64,000 nt of DNA from an uncultured Clostridia bacterium (GTDB taxonomy: Bacteria; Bacillota; Clostridia; Christensenellales; Borkfalkiaceae), in contig CANOUP010000003.1 in assembly GCA_947570625.1 (NCBI GenBank), positions 19,239 to 83,238 on the forward strand. Direction: 5' to 3'. Shown here in pieces: positions 48,505 through 57,993 of the stretch. Every line of letters begins with the position of its first letter. Positions within the stretch are counted from its first letter, which is position 1. A program made the position numbers and the translations under genes. The notes beneath the pieces are model-generated. The model had not been told where the DNA came from. It did not search any database and saw nothing but the letters and a program-made list of their open reading frames with translations.

Positions 48505-48947
48505 AAAAAGTAACTTTATATACCGACGGCGCCTGTTCGGGGAATCCGGGAATAGGCGGTTGGGGTGCAGTTCTGATGTATTTGGGGCATGAAAAAAGGA
48601 TATCGTCGGCAGTCGAGGAAACCACCAATAACAGAATGGAAGTTACAGCCGTAATTGAAGGGCTTAAATGCCTTAAAGAGCAATGCGAAGTAGACGTTTA
48701 CAGCGATTCGGCTTATACGGTTAACGCTTTCAAAAAAGGCTGGATTTTCGAATGGGAAAAATACGGTTGGCGAAAAGCTGACGGCAAACCGCTTCTTAAC
48801 GCCGATTTATGGCAGGAACTTTATTCTTTGTCAAGATTTCACAGGCTCAACTTTATAAAAGTCAAAGGTCACGCAGATAATGAATATAATAATATTTGTG
48901 ACAAACTGGCGACTTCTGCAATAAAAAATTTTAAAACGCAATTATAA
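48501..48947 (+). CDS. rnhA: Ribonuclease HI
   Basis: [25 protein letters not shown]..., TNNRMEV and [9 protein letters not shown]. ATGA overlap with the proC-like stop. Confidence 0.92.
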   Translation: [148 protein letters not shown]

Positions 48948-48985
48948 TTTATTTCGCAATTATATATAATATTATTGTATAGGCG

Positions 48986-49888
48986 ATGGTAAATTTTTAT
49001 AACGTTTTAAAACACTTGGTTAATATTTTGGCGGCGGTGCTTTTCGGTGCTGTTGCCTTTGTTTTTACGGCTTACGGTCTGGCTTATAAAAGCCTGCCGT
49101 TTATAACCGAAAATTTTATGGTTTTGATTTCTGTATCGGCAGGAATAACAGGTGTTCTGACGTTAGTCTATATAATGCTTTACGTTTTCGGAAAACAGGC
49201 ATTATACCGTCTGGTAATGTGTACTTTGATTTTTTTGGCAATTTTCGGCGCGGTGTTTTTTACTATCTGCGCTACGGGAATTATAACAAAAATCAACAGC
49301 ATACAGGCGCTCAGGGATTACATTGCGCAGTTCGGAAACTGGGCAGTGTTCTGGTTTATAGCTTTTTGCTTTCTTCAAGTCGTCGTTTTGCCTGTGCCCG
49401 GTTCTGTTACCGTCGCGGCGGGCGTGGCGTTGTTCGGACCGTTCAAATGCGCCGTTTACAGTTTTATCGGAATAGTTGCCGGTTCGATAGTCGCGTTTGC
49501 AATAGGCCGTTGGATAGGCTATAAAGCTGTAAAATGGATTGTGGGCAAAGATTCGCTGGATAAATGGCTGGAAAAGCTGAAAAATAAAGATTATCTCATA
49601 CTGTCGATTATGTTCTTACTGCCGATGTTTCCCGACGATATACTGTGTTTTGTGGCGGGGCTGTCGTCGATGACGTGGCCGTATTTTCTGGTAATGATAA
49701 TAGTTACGCGAGCTATATCAGTTCTTACGACGGCTTATTCGATAGGTTTTATTCCGTTCAATACATGGTGGGGGATACTGATATGGGGAATAATAGCCGT
49801 CTTAATTGCAGTTTTGTTCTGGCTAGTGTGCAGATATTCGGACAGAATCGACGGTTTCATAAAGAATAAACTCAAATTGAAAAGGTGA
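48986..49888 (+). CDS. TVP38/TMEM64 (DedA-related) family membrane protein
   Basis: Multi-TM protein with a VLPVPGSVTVAAGVALFGP core. Confidence 0.7.
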   Translation: MVNFYNVLKHLVNILAAVLFGAVAFVFTAYGLAYKSLPFITENFMVLISVSAGITGVLTLVYIMLYVFGKQALYRLVMCTLIFLAIFGAVFFTICATGIITKINSIQALRDYIAQFGNWAVFWFIAFCFLQVVVLPVPGSVTVAAGVALFGPFKCAVYSFIGIVAGSIVAFAIGRWIGYKAVKWIVGKDSLDKWLEKLKNKDYLILSIMFLLPMFPDDILCFVAGLSSMTWPYFLVMIIVTRAISVLTTAYSIGFIPFNTWWGILIWGIIAVLIAVLFWLVCRYSDRIDGFIKNKLKLKR

Positions 49889-50018
49889 CTTTAAGAGTCA
49901 TCTTTTTTATTTGTCTGCAAATAAAAATAAATTTGATAAATTTATATCAATTTACTTGCTTTTGAAATTATTTATGATAAAATGATATATGTAGGAAATT
50001 GGCATTTAGGAGTAATAT

Positions 50019-51395
50019 ATGGATAAAATAAACTTATTGCAACAGCGCAAGCAAAAAGTTTTGCAAATCGGCAAAGATATCAGAAAAGATATTGAAAGCC
50101 TAATCGACGAGGATAGTTTTGTTGAGTTTTCCACTTTCAGCTTTTCCGAAAACGAATTTTACGGCGAAGAAGCGGAAGGTGAAGGCGTAGTAACGGGTTT
50201 TGCTACGATTGACGGCTATCCCTTTTATATTGTCGCCCAGAACGGCGCCGTATTATCGGGCGGGGTCAGTAAGGCGAATTGTGAAAAGATTGCAAAATGT
50301 CTGAACCAGGCAGAAAAATCATCGACGCCCGTTATTTATCTTCTGTCGTCCCTCGGCGTCAGAATCGGTGAAGGTGTCAATGTGCTCGAAGGTCTTGCGT
50401 CGCTTATTCTCAAAGCTTCACAGCTCAAAGGTACGGTTCCTCAGTATCTTGTCGTAAACGGCGAGGTTTACGGTCAGCTTGCTTTGCTGTCGGGACTGTG
50501 CGATTTTACGTTCTTTCTTGAAGGCAAAAGCGTGCTTACGGCAAACAGCCCGCTTGTTATTTCGGCAAAGAGCGGGGTGAATTTAAAGAATACCGAAGTG
50601 GGCGGGGCCTCTGCGCTTAAAAATGCACAGCTTTGCTCTTTTACGGTTAAAAACATTTCCGATGTCAAGGAAAAAATCGTTAAAATCAACGAGTTGCTTT
50701 TATCTGCCGTTACTGAGAATGAAGATTTGAACGTTTCCTGTCCTCAGCTTGATAAAAAGGCGGATTATAACGCTATATTAAAAGTTTTTGACGATAACAG
50801 CGTTGTCGAAATCGGCGGGACATATGCGCAGGAAGTCAAGTGCATTCTTGCGCGCATAGGCGGAATTGCCGTTGCGGTTACTGTATTCGACGGAAAAGAC
50901 GGGGTTAAGCTCAACGCACAGAACGTAAGAAAACTCAAAGACTTTGCCGAATTTGTCTGCTGTTACAATCTGCCTTACATAACGTTTGTTAATACGCTCG
51001 GAATTCAGGCGGATATGACGGTAAACGATAGCCTTGTTATTAAAGAATTAGGCGAATACGTTTCACTGCTCGACTGTATCGACAGCGGAAAGATATCCGT
51101 TATATACGGCAAAGCCGTCGGTCTCGGTTATACAGTTTTCGGTGCTAAGAATATGGGTTACGACTATTCTTTTGCCTTCGCCGATGCAAAAATAGCATTA
51201 TTTGACAGTGTGCAGGGCGCGGAAATAGAGTTTGCGTCCGAAAAGAAAGCGGATAAAGAAAAACTTGTAATTAAATATGCCGACGAAAATTCAGACCCCA
51301 TCAATGCGGCGAAGGGCGGTTATATAGACAATATAATTCAGCCTTCGTTTGTAAGACAATATTTAATCGCTTCGCTTCAAATGCTTATAAAGTGA
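50019..51395 (+). CDS. Acyl-CoA carboxyltransferase subunit (MmdA/GcdA-like decarboxylase alpha)
   Basis: Carboxyl-transferase-like sequence, 458 aa, first gene of the decarboxylase operon. Confidence 0.7.
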   Translation: MDKINLLQQRKQKVLQIGKDIRKDIESLIDEDSFVEFSTFSFSENEFYGEEAEGEGVVTGFATIDGYPFYIVAQNGAVLSGGVSKANCEKIAKCLNQAEKSSTPVIYLLSSLGVRIGEGVNVLEGLASLILKASQLKGTVPQYLVVNGEVYGQLALLSGLCDFTFFLEGKSVLTANSPLVISAKSGVNLKNTEVGGASALKNAQLCSFTVKNISDVKEKIVKINELLLSAVTENEDLNVSCPQLDKKADYNAILKVFDDNSVVEIGGTYAQEVKCILARIGGIAVAVTVFDGKDGVKLNAQNVRKLKDFAEFVCCYNLPYITFVNTLGIQADMTVNDSLVIKELGEYVSLLDCIDSGKISVIYGKAVGLGYTVFGAKNMGYDYSFAFADAKIALFDSVQGAEIEFASEKKADKEKLVIKYADENSDPINAAKGGYIDNIIQPSFVRQYLIASLQMLIK

Positions 51396-51402
51396 GGATA
51401 AA

Positions 51403-51759
51403 ATGTCAGCTCAGTTATTGTCTTTAATAAATCAGGAAGGAAGTTTGGGGATAGGAGAAGCCTGTCTGTATGCGCTTATAGGCTTTTTGATAATTTTTCT
51501 CGGTATATCCCTTATAATTTGTATAATATGGCTTATAGGGCTTGTTTTAAGAAAAACAAATAACCTCGAATTTCTTACCCGTATCGGTAAAAAGAAAGCA
51601 CAAAAGTCTTATTCCGCAAAGGAAGATGTTACGGAAACCAACGGCGGAAACGATGTTCCGGATGAAGTCAAGGTTGCAATCATGGCGGCGATAATGGCTT
51701 ATTACAGCGCGGAAAAACCCGAATGCGAATTCAAAGTTAAAAGGATAAAAAGAATTTAA
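51403..51759 (+). CDS. OadG-family small membrane subunit
   Basis: N-terminal TM segment and a C-terminal VKVAIMAAIMAYYS block. Confidence 0.65.
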   Translation: MSAQLLSLINQEGSLGIGEACLYALIGFLIIFLGISLIICIIWLIGLVLRKTNNLEFLTRIGKKKAQKSYSAKEDVTETNGGNDVPDEVKVAIMAAIMAYYSAEKPECEFKVKRIKRI

Positions 51760-51772
51760 GGAGAATATATAA

Positions 51773-52132
51773 ATGCGTAATTTTATTGTAACAATAGACG
51801 GTAAAAATTATTCCGTAGGCGTTGAAGAAGTGGGAGAGAGCGCAAACGTAACGCAAATCGCTCCTGTTAAAGCGCCCGTACAGACAGAAACCAAGTCATC
51901 TGCGCCTAAAATTTCCGCTGACGGTGAAAAGGTTTTGTCGCCGTTCCCCGGCTTGATTAAAAGTCTTTTGGTTGCCGACGGAACTTCCGTTAAAAAAGAC
52001 CAGCCTATAATGGTTTTGGAAGCTATGAAAATGGATAACGAAATTACTGCTCCCTGCGACGGAAAAGTCACTTTCGGCGTTGCTAAGGGCGCAAATGTAG
52101 ATACAAACGCAGTATTGGCGGTTATCGGCTGA
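51773..52132 (+). CDS. Biotin carboxyl carrier protein
   Basis: EAMKMDNEI biotinylation motif. Confidence 0.88.
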   Translation: MRNFIVTIDGKNYSVGVEEVGESANVTQIAPVKAPVQTETKSSAPKISADGEKVLSPFPGLIKSLLVADGTSVKKDQPIMVLEAMKMDNEITAPCDGKVTFGVAKGANVDTNAVLAVIG

Positions 52133-52143
52133 GCGGAGGAGCT

Positions 52144-53583
52144 ATGCAACAAAGTTTACTTGTAAACTTTGGCGAGATATTTACAAATCTTTTCAACGAT
52201 ATGGGATTTGTTCAGGGAAACTGGCAGAACTATGTAATGCTGTTGATTTCTTTTGTGCTTATGTATCTTGCCATTGTTAAAAAATTTGAGCCCATGCTTT
52301 TGCTTCCGATAGCGTTCGGTATGTTTCTCATTAACATACCCGGCGCCGAAGCGGTGCTATGGGGAAGATACACCACTCCGGATACTTCTTTGAATATCGG
52401 TAAAAACGGCGATATAGAGTATGTCGCGGTGTATGTTTACAACGGAGCGAGAATTTATCTCCGCGAAGGATTCTTAACCGACGGAGTAGTAACGTACTTT
52501 AAATCGTTAGCCGATTTGAACGGCGGTATCACGTCTACAATGAATGAAGTCGACTTCAACGCGCTGTATTCATTCGAAGGATACATACAGGGCAATGTTG
52601 TCAACGGTGTGACGGAGTTTATCGACTCGATAGTTATGAGTCACACGTACGAGTCCGTAACTAACCGCGGATTATTGTGGTATCTCTATTTCGGCGTTGA
52701 AAAAGTTATTTATCCGCCTTTGATTTTCCTTGGAATAGGCGCAATGACGGATTTCGGTCCGCTGATTGCAAATCCGAAGAGTATGCTTATCGGCGCAGGA
52801 GCACAGCTGGGTATATTCGTTGCGTTTATTCTTGCATCTGTACTGGGCTTTTCTGCGGCGGCCGCGGCTGCTATCGCGATTATAGGCGGTGCGGACGGTC
52901 CTACGGCGATAATGGTTACGTCAAAGCTTGCGTCGGACTTAATACCCGCAATCGCTATTGCCGCATACTCGTATATGGCGCTGATTCCTATTATACAAAA
53001 ACCGCTTATGCGCGCGCTTACCACCAAAAAAGAGAGAATGATAAGAATGAAACCTCTCCGTCAGGTAAGCAAACTTGAAAAAATTCTGTTCCCGCTTGTC
53101 GTAACGCTTGTTGTCGGTATTATTCTCCCCGAATCGATAACGCTTTTAGGTATGCTCATGCTAGGCAACCTGTTCAAAGAATCGGGCGTTGTCGACAGAC
53201 TTTCCACGCAGGCGCAGAACGGACTTATGAACACGATTACGATTTTCCTCGGTATATCCGTAGGCTGTAAAGCAAAGGGCGAAATGTTTTTAAGCGTAAA
53301 TACGCTTGCTATTATCGCGATTGGTTTGTTTGCTTTCGTAATCGGTACAATCGGCGGTCTGCTTGTCGCAAAAGTTATGTGCAAGCTTACCAAAGGGCAA
53401 ATCAATCCGCTTATCGGCTCCGCGGGTGTTTCCGCTGTTCCTATGGCGGCGCGAATATCCGAGGATGTAGGAAGGGAATATGACCCTCAGAATCATTTGC
53501 TTATGCACGCAATGGGACCTAACGTAGCGGGTGTAATCGGTTCGGCAATAGCGGCAGGCGTACTGCTTGCATGTTTCGGATAA
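52144..53583 (+). CDS. Na+-translocating decarboxylase beta subunit (OadB/MmdB/GcdB)
   Basis: Polytopic protein with IIGGADGPTAI. 479 aa, with an extra hydrophilic segment after TM2. Confidence 0.85.
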   Translation: MQQSLLVNFGEIFTNLFNDMGFVQGNWQNYVMLLISFVLMYLAIVKKFEPMLLLPIAFGMFLINIPGAEAVLWGRYTTPDTSLNIGKNGDIEYVAVYVYNGARIYLREGFLTDGVVTYFKSLADLNGGITSTMNEVDFNALYSFEGYIQGNVVNGVTEFIDSIVMSHTYESVTNRGLLWYLYFGVEKVIYPPLIFLGIGAMTDFGPLIANPKSMLIGAGAQLGIFVAFILASVLGFSAAAAAAIAIIGGADGPTAIMVTSKLASDLIPAIAIAAYSYMALIPIIQKPLMRALTTKKERMIRMKPLRQVSKLEKILFPLVVTLVVGIILPESITLLGMLMLGNLFKESGVVDRLSTQAQNGLMNTITIFLGISVGCKAKGEMFLSVNTLAIIAIGLFAFVIGTIGGLLVAKVMCKLTKGQINPLIGSAGVSAVPMAARISEDVGREYDPQNHLLMHAMGPNVAGVIGSAIAAGVLLACFG

Positions 53584-53598
53584 ACAGTAATAATTATT

Positions 53599-55038
53599 AT
53601 GGTGAAAAATATGGAAGGTAAAAAACTTTTAATAACCGATACAATTTTACGTGATGCGCATCAGTCACATGCCGCGACGCGTATGAAATTCGAAGATATG
53701 GAAGAGATGCTTCCGCTTCTCGATGAAATAGGTTACTATTCTCTCGAAGCATGGGGCGGTGCAACGTTCGATTCCTGTTTAAGATTTTTAAATGAAGACC
53801 CGTGGGACCGGCTTAGGAACTTAAAGAAATATCTTAAAAAGACTCCTATACAAATGTTGCTCCGCGGACAGAATCTGCTCGGATACAGACATTATGCAGA
53901 CGACGTGGTCGAAAGCTTTGTCGACAAATCGATTGAAAACGGAGTTGGAGTAATAAGAGTTTTTGACGCTCTTAACGACCCTCGAAATCTTGAAACTTCA
54001 ATCAAAGCCATAAAAAAATACGGCGGTGGTGGAAAATGCATCTGCGAAGCGGCCATTTCTTACACTACGAGTCCCGTACATACTACCGAATATTTTGTCA
54101 ATCTTGCAAAACAGCTTGAAGAAATGGGTGCGGATAATATCTGTATAAAAGATATGGCGAATCTGTTATTGCCCTTTACTGCGTACGACGTTGTAAGTAA
54201 GCTGAAAAAAGCATTGAAGCCGGAGACGAAGGTGCACCTCCATACTCACAATACATCGGGTACAGGTGATATGATAAATCTCATGGCTATACAGGCGGGC
54301 GTTGACATTGTCGACTGTGCGCTTTCACCGCTCGGAAACGGTACGTCCAATCCCGCGACGGAACCGCTCGTTGCTACGTTAAAAGACACTCCTTACGATA
54401 CCGGTATCGATATACAGAAGCTGTTACCGATTGTCACGCACTTCAATAAGGTTGCGGATAAACTTGAAAAAGACGGTTTCCTTAACCCGAAGGTGCGCAG
54501 AGTCGATATCAATACTCTGCTATATCAGGTTCCGGGCGGAATGCTTTCAAATCTTATGAATCAGCTTAAACAGGCAGGAAAGGAGGAAAAACTTCTTGAA
54601 TGTCTTGCGGAAGTTCCCGAAGTAAGAAAGGATTGCGGTTATCCTCCGCTTGTAACGCCGTCGAGCCAGATAGTAGGAACACAGGCGGTCTGGAACGTGC
54701 TTCTCGGCAAGTATAAGACGATTACTGCTCAGTACAAGGATTTAATTTTGGGTAAGTACGGCGCTGTTCCAGGCAAGGTCAGTTCGGAAGTTACGAAAAT
54801 GTGCACGGCGCACGGAGAAGAAGTAATAACCTGTCGTCCTGCGGATTTAATCGAAGACGAAATGCAGACGCTTACCGATAAAGTTAAAGCAGACGGTTAT
54901 TACGAAAAAGCAGAAGACGTTCTTTCGTATGCGCTTTTCCCCGAAGTTGCAACAAACTATTTCAAATGGAGAAAGGCAAACAGAACGGGAGTTGACGGCG
55001 ACCTTGCTTCCAATCCCGATAAGGTATATCCCGTCTGA
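53599..55038 (+). CDS. Oxaloacetate decarboxylase alpha / pyruvate carboxylase 5S-type carboxyltransferase, no biotinyl domain
   Basis: ITDTILRDAHQSHAATRM and HLHTHNTSGTG. Confidence 0.85.
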   Translation: MVKNMEGKKLLITDTILRDAHQSHAATRMKFEDMEEMLPLLDEIGYYSLEAWGGATFDSCLRFLNEDPWDRLRNLKKYLKKTPIQMLLRGQNLLGYRHYADDVVESFVDKSIENGVGVIRVFDALNDPRNLETSIKAIKKYGGGGKCICEAAISYTTSPVHTTEYFVNLAKQLEEMGADNICIKDMANLLLPFTAYDVVSKLKKALKPETKVHLHTHNTSGTGDMINLMAIQAGVDIVDCALSPLGNGTSNPATEPLVATLKDTPYDTGIDIQKLLPIVTHFNKVADKLEKDGFLNPKVRRVDINTLLYQVPGGMLSNLMNQLKQAGKEEKLLECLAEVPEVRKDCGYPPLVTPSSQIVGTQAVWNVLLGKYKTITAQYKDLILGKYGAVPGKVSSEVTKMCTAHGEEVITCRPADLIEDEMQTLTDKVKADGYYEKAEDVLSYALFPEVATNYFKWRKANRTGVDGDLASNPDKVYPV

Positions 55039-55053
55039 TGAAATTAATTGACA

Positions 55054-55090
55054 ACGGCGTGAGCTTTATGTTCACGCCGTAAGGTTTTTT
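55054..55090 (+). terminator. Intrinsic terminator after the decarboxylase operon
   Basis: acggcgtga-gctttatgt-tcacgccgt followed by aaggtttttt. Confidence 0.7.
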
Positions 55091-55093
55091 ATT

Positions 55094-56314
55094 ATGAAGA
55101 ATGTAGCTGTAATCGGCGGAGGCGCGGCGGGATTGACGGCCGCGTACGCCGCGGCAAAAAACGGCAATAATGTAACCGTTTTTGAAAAAAACGATAAATG
55201 CGGTAAGAAGATTTATATTACGGGCAAAGGCAGATGCAATGTAACTCACGACTGTTCGCCGGAAGAATTTCTATCCAATGTCGTAAATAATGCTAAGTTT
55301 TTAACCGGTTCTATTTATAATTTTTCGCCCGAATCTACAGTCCGATTTTTTGAAGAGGGCGGTCTAAGACTTAAAACAGAGCGCGGTGCGAGAATATTTC
55401 CTGTTTCCGATAAAGCAAGCGATGTTACCAAATGTTTAGAAAATTACTGTAAAAAGTTTAATGTAAACTTCAAATTTAACGAAAATGTACTTAAAATTAC
55501 CATTTTAAATAGTACTCTATCTGGCATAATAACGACAAAAGGTATATATTTGTATGACAGTGTAATTGTCTGTACGGGCGGGCTGAGTTATCCTTCGACG
55601 GGTTCGACAGGCGACGGATATAAATTTGCGTGTCTTGCCGGACACAAAATCGTGCCGTTGAAGCAGGGGCTTTGCGGTTTAAACATTAAGGGTAATTATT
55701 GTAAGCCGTTGCAGGGATTAACGCTGAAAAACGTAAAGTTAAGCTTATGTGTCAATAATAAAAAAACAAGGGAATTGTTCGGGGAAATGCTGTTTACGCA
55801 TTTCGGCGTTTCTGGTCCTTTGATATTGTCCGTTTCAAGTCTTATTAACAGGCTCGATTTAAACAGTGTCAGAATTTCAGTCGATTTGAAACCTGCTTTA
55901 ACCGCAGAACAGCTCGACAGACGTATTCTCAGGGATTTCGAAGCGAATAAAAACAAGACGGTTTCCAACTGTCTTAAAGAGCTTTTGCCTGCGGGTATGA
56001 TTAGTGAAATTTTAAAGCGGAGCGGTATTCCGCCCGATTGTAAAGTCAATGCCGTAACGAAGAGCGAAAGAGCGGTTTTATTGACAACCATCAAAAATTT
56101 TGATATATTGGTTGAGTCTTTACGCGGTTTCGATGAAGCTATTATTACTTCGGGCGGGGTCGACGTCAAAGAAATTAACCCTAAAACTATGGAAAGCAAA
56201 CTTGTAAAAGGATTGTATTTCTGCGGTGAAGTACTTGACGTAGATGCTTTTACTGGCGGGTTTAATCTACAAATAGCCTTTTCGACGGGCTTTACCGCAG
56301 GCAACAGCATATAA
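55094..56314 (+). CDS. HI0933/YhiN-family NAD(FAD)-utilising flavoprotein
   Basis: VAVIGGGAAGLTAAYAAAKNG dinucleotide fold; 406 aa. Confidence 0.8.
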   Translation: MKNVAVIGGGAAGLTAAYAAAKNGNNVTVFEKNDKCGKKIYITGKGRCNVTHDCSPEEFLSNVVNNAKFLTGSIYNFSPESTVRFFEEGGLRLKTERGARIFPVSDKASDVTKCLENYCKKFNVNFKFNENVLKITILNSTLSGIITTKGIYLYDSVIVCTGGLSYPSTGSTGDGYKFACLAGHKIVPLKQGLCGLNIKGNYCKPLQGLTLKNVKLSLCVNNKKTRELFGEMLFTHFGVSGPLILSVSSLINRLDLNSVRISVDLKPALTAEQLDRRILRDFEANKNKTVSNCLKELLPAGMISEILKRSGIPPDCKVNAVTKSERAVLLTTIKNFDILVESLRGFDEAIITSGGVDVKEINPKTMESKLVKGLYFCGEVLDVDAFTGGFNLQIAFSTGFTAGNSI

Positions 56315-56326
56315 AAGGATGAAATT

Positions 56327-57334
56327 ATGAAAGCAATAAGAGGGGCAATAACGGTCGATGCCGATTCGCCCGAGGAAATAAGAAAAAGCGTAAAAGAGCT
56401 TTTGGATACCTTAAAAAATAGGAACTGTTTAACGGATAGTCAGATAATCTGTATAATGTTTTCGAACACGCAGGATATCCGTTCGTACTATCCTGCGAAG
56501 GCGGGCAGAGAAGCGGGATATGTGTCATGTGCGCTGTATTCTTCTGTGGAGCCAGAAATAGACGGTTCACTTGAAAAATGCATACGCGTAATGATACTTG
56601 CCGATACCGACAGGTTGCCCGAGCATGTCTATTTAAAAGACGCGCAAAATCTGAGAAGGGATATTTCGCATAAACTTAATATTGCAATAGACGGACCTGC
56701 GGGAAGCGGTAAGAGCACCGTTGCAAAAATTATATCGGAAAAATTCGATATTCTTTATCTTGATACGGGTGCAATGTACCGTGCGTGCGCTTTGGCTTGT
56801 CTGCATAACGGCATAGACGTAAAAAACCAGACGGCGGTCGGAGAATTATTGAAGAAAACTGAAATTTCCGTTGAATACAGGGACGGATTACAGGTAACAA
56901 AGATTAACGGCAAAGATGTATCGGCTGAAATACGCACGCCTGAAATATCTATGTCGGCATCGGCAGTCTCCGCGCTTAAATGCGTCAGGGAAGAAATGGT
57001 CAGAATTCAGCGCAAGATAGCCGAAACGGGGTCGTGCGTTCTGGACGGGCGGGATATCGGAACCAACGTCCTGCCCGACGCCGAATATAAATTTTTCCTT
57101 ACTGCATCGCCGGAGGTCAGGGCGGAGCGACGCCTTAAAGAAAACAGACTTAAGGGCATAGAGCAGTCTTTTGAAGCAGTGCTGAACGAAATCAAACAGC
57201 GCGACAGTCAGGATATGGAGCGTACGATTGCTCCCCTTGTCAAGGCTTCCGACGCCGTGGAAATCATAACCGATGCTATGAACGCGGAAGAAGTTGCGGA
57301 TTCGATAATAAATTATATTCAGAGAAAAATATAA
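56327..57334 (+). CDS. cmk: Fusion protein: AroH-type chorismate mutase (N-terminal) plus cytidylate kinase (C-terminal)
   Basis: MKAIRGAITVD...YPAKAGRE...KCIRVMIL aligns to B. subtilis AroH as recalled. IAIDGPAGSGKSTVAK begins the Cmk part. Confidence 0.8.
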   Translation: MKAIRGAITVDADSPEEIRKSVKELLDTLKNRNCLTDSQIICIMFSNTQDIRSYYPAKAGREAGYVSCALYSSVEPEIDGSLEKCIRVMILADTDRLPEHVYLKDAQNLRRDISHKLNIAIDGPAGSGKSTVAKIISEKFDILYLDTGAMYRACALACLHNGIDVKNQTAVGELLKKTEISVEYRDGLQVTKINGKDVSAEIRTPEISMSASAVSALKCVREEMVRIQRKIAETGSCVLDGRDIGTNVLPDAEYKFFLTASPEVRAERRLKENRLKGIEQSFEAVLNEIKQRDSQDMERTIAPLVKASDAVEIITDAMNAEEVADSIINYIQRKI

Positions 57335-57990
57335 TGGCAAAACAGAAAAAGCAGAAGCTTAATAAGTTTGAGAAATGGTTCAGAACTCTTCATCGGTGGG
57401 AGCGTATGTTTTACCGTATATGGTTTCCTTATAAAAAACACGGACACACCGACCCGTACGACGACAGACCTTATATTTTCGTCGGAAATCATTACAGCCT
57501 TTTCGACGTTGTTTTTACTGCGGTGGCAACTACCAAGCCTGTGCACTTTATTGCAAAAAAGGACTTGTTTGAAAAAGGTTTGATGAGAAAATTCGTGCTT
57601 AAATGCCAGTGTATTCCCGCTAACCGTGACGGCACCGACGTAAAGACCGTTATGCAGGCAATGAAATATCTGAAAGGCGGAGAATCAATTGTAATTTATC
57701 CCGAAGGCACGCGCAATAAATCAAAAGAGATATTTTTGCCGTTTAAAGGCGGGGCGGCGGCGATTTCGATAAAAACAAAAACCCCCATCGTTCCCGTAGT
57801 TCAGGTCAAAAAGATTAGGTTTCTGCACAGATCGCACGTAATTTACGGCGAGCCTATCGAGTTTTCGGAATACTATGACAAAAGACTTTCGGAAGAAGAT
57901 ATTGCAATATGCGAAAATATGCTTCGCGAGAAAATGCTGGAACTGTATTGCGAGTTGAAAGATATTGCTTCTAAAAAGAAGAAGAAATAG
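57334..57990 (+). CDS. plsC: 1-acyl-sn-glycerol-3-phosphate acyltransferase
   Basis: GNHYSLFD (HX4D) and IYPEGTR motifs. Confidence 0.85.
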   Translation: MAKQKKQKLNKFEKWFRTLHRWERMFYRIWFPYKKHGHTDPYDDRPYIFVGNHYSLFDVVFTAVATTKPVHFIAKKDLFEKGLMRKFVLKCQCIPANRDGTDVKTVMQAMKYLKGGESIVIYPEGTRNKSKEIFLPFKGGAAAISIKTKTPIVPVVQVKKIRFLHRSHVIYGEPIEFSEYYDKRLSEEDIAICENMLREKMLELYCELKDIASKKKKK

Positions 57991-57993
57991 AGT

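Noticed and set aside
49911-49926. tatttgtctgcaaata after the TVP38-family gene, which resembles the TGTCTGCAA repeats upstream of dinB.
   Set aside because: It is a short motif in AT-rich intergenic DNA and has a single occurrence here. This is insufficient to claim a shared regulator without a genome-wide count.
55696-56310. The 204-aa minus-strand ORF.
   Set aside because: It is antisense to the well-supported HI0933-family flavoprotein gene, and the sequence is low-complexity and Ser/Leu/Lys-rich.
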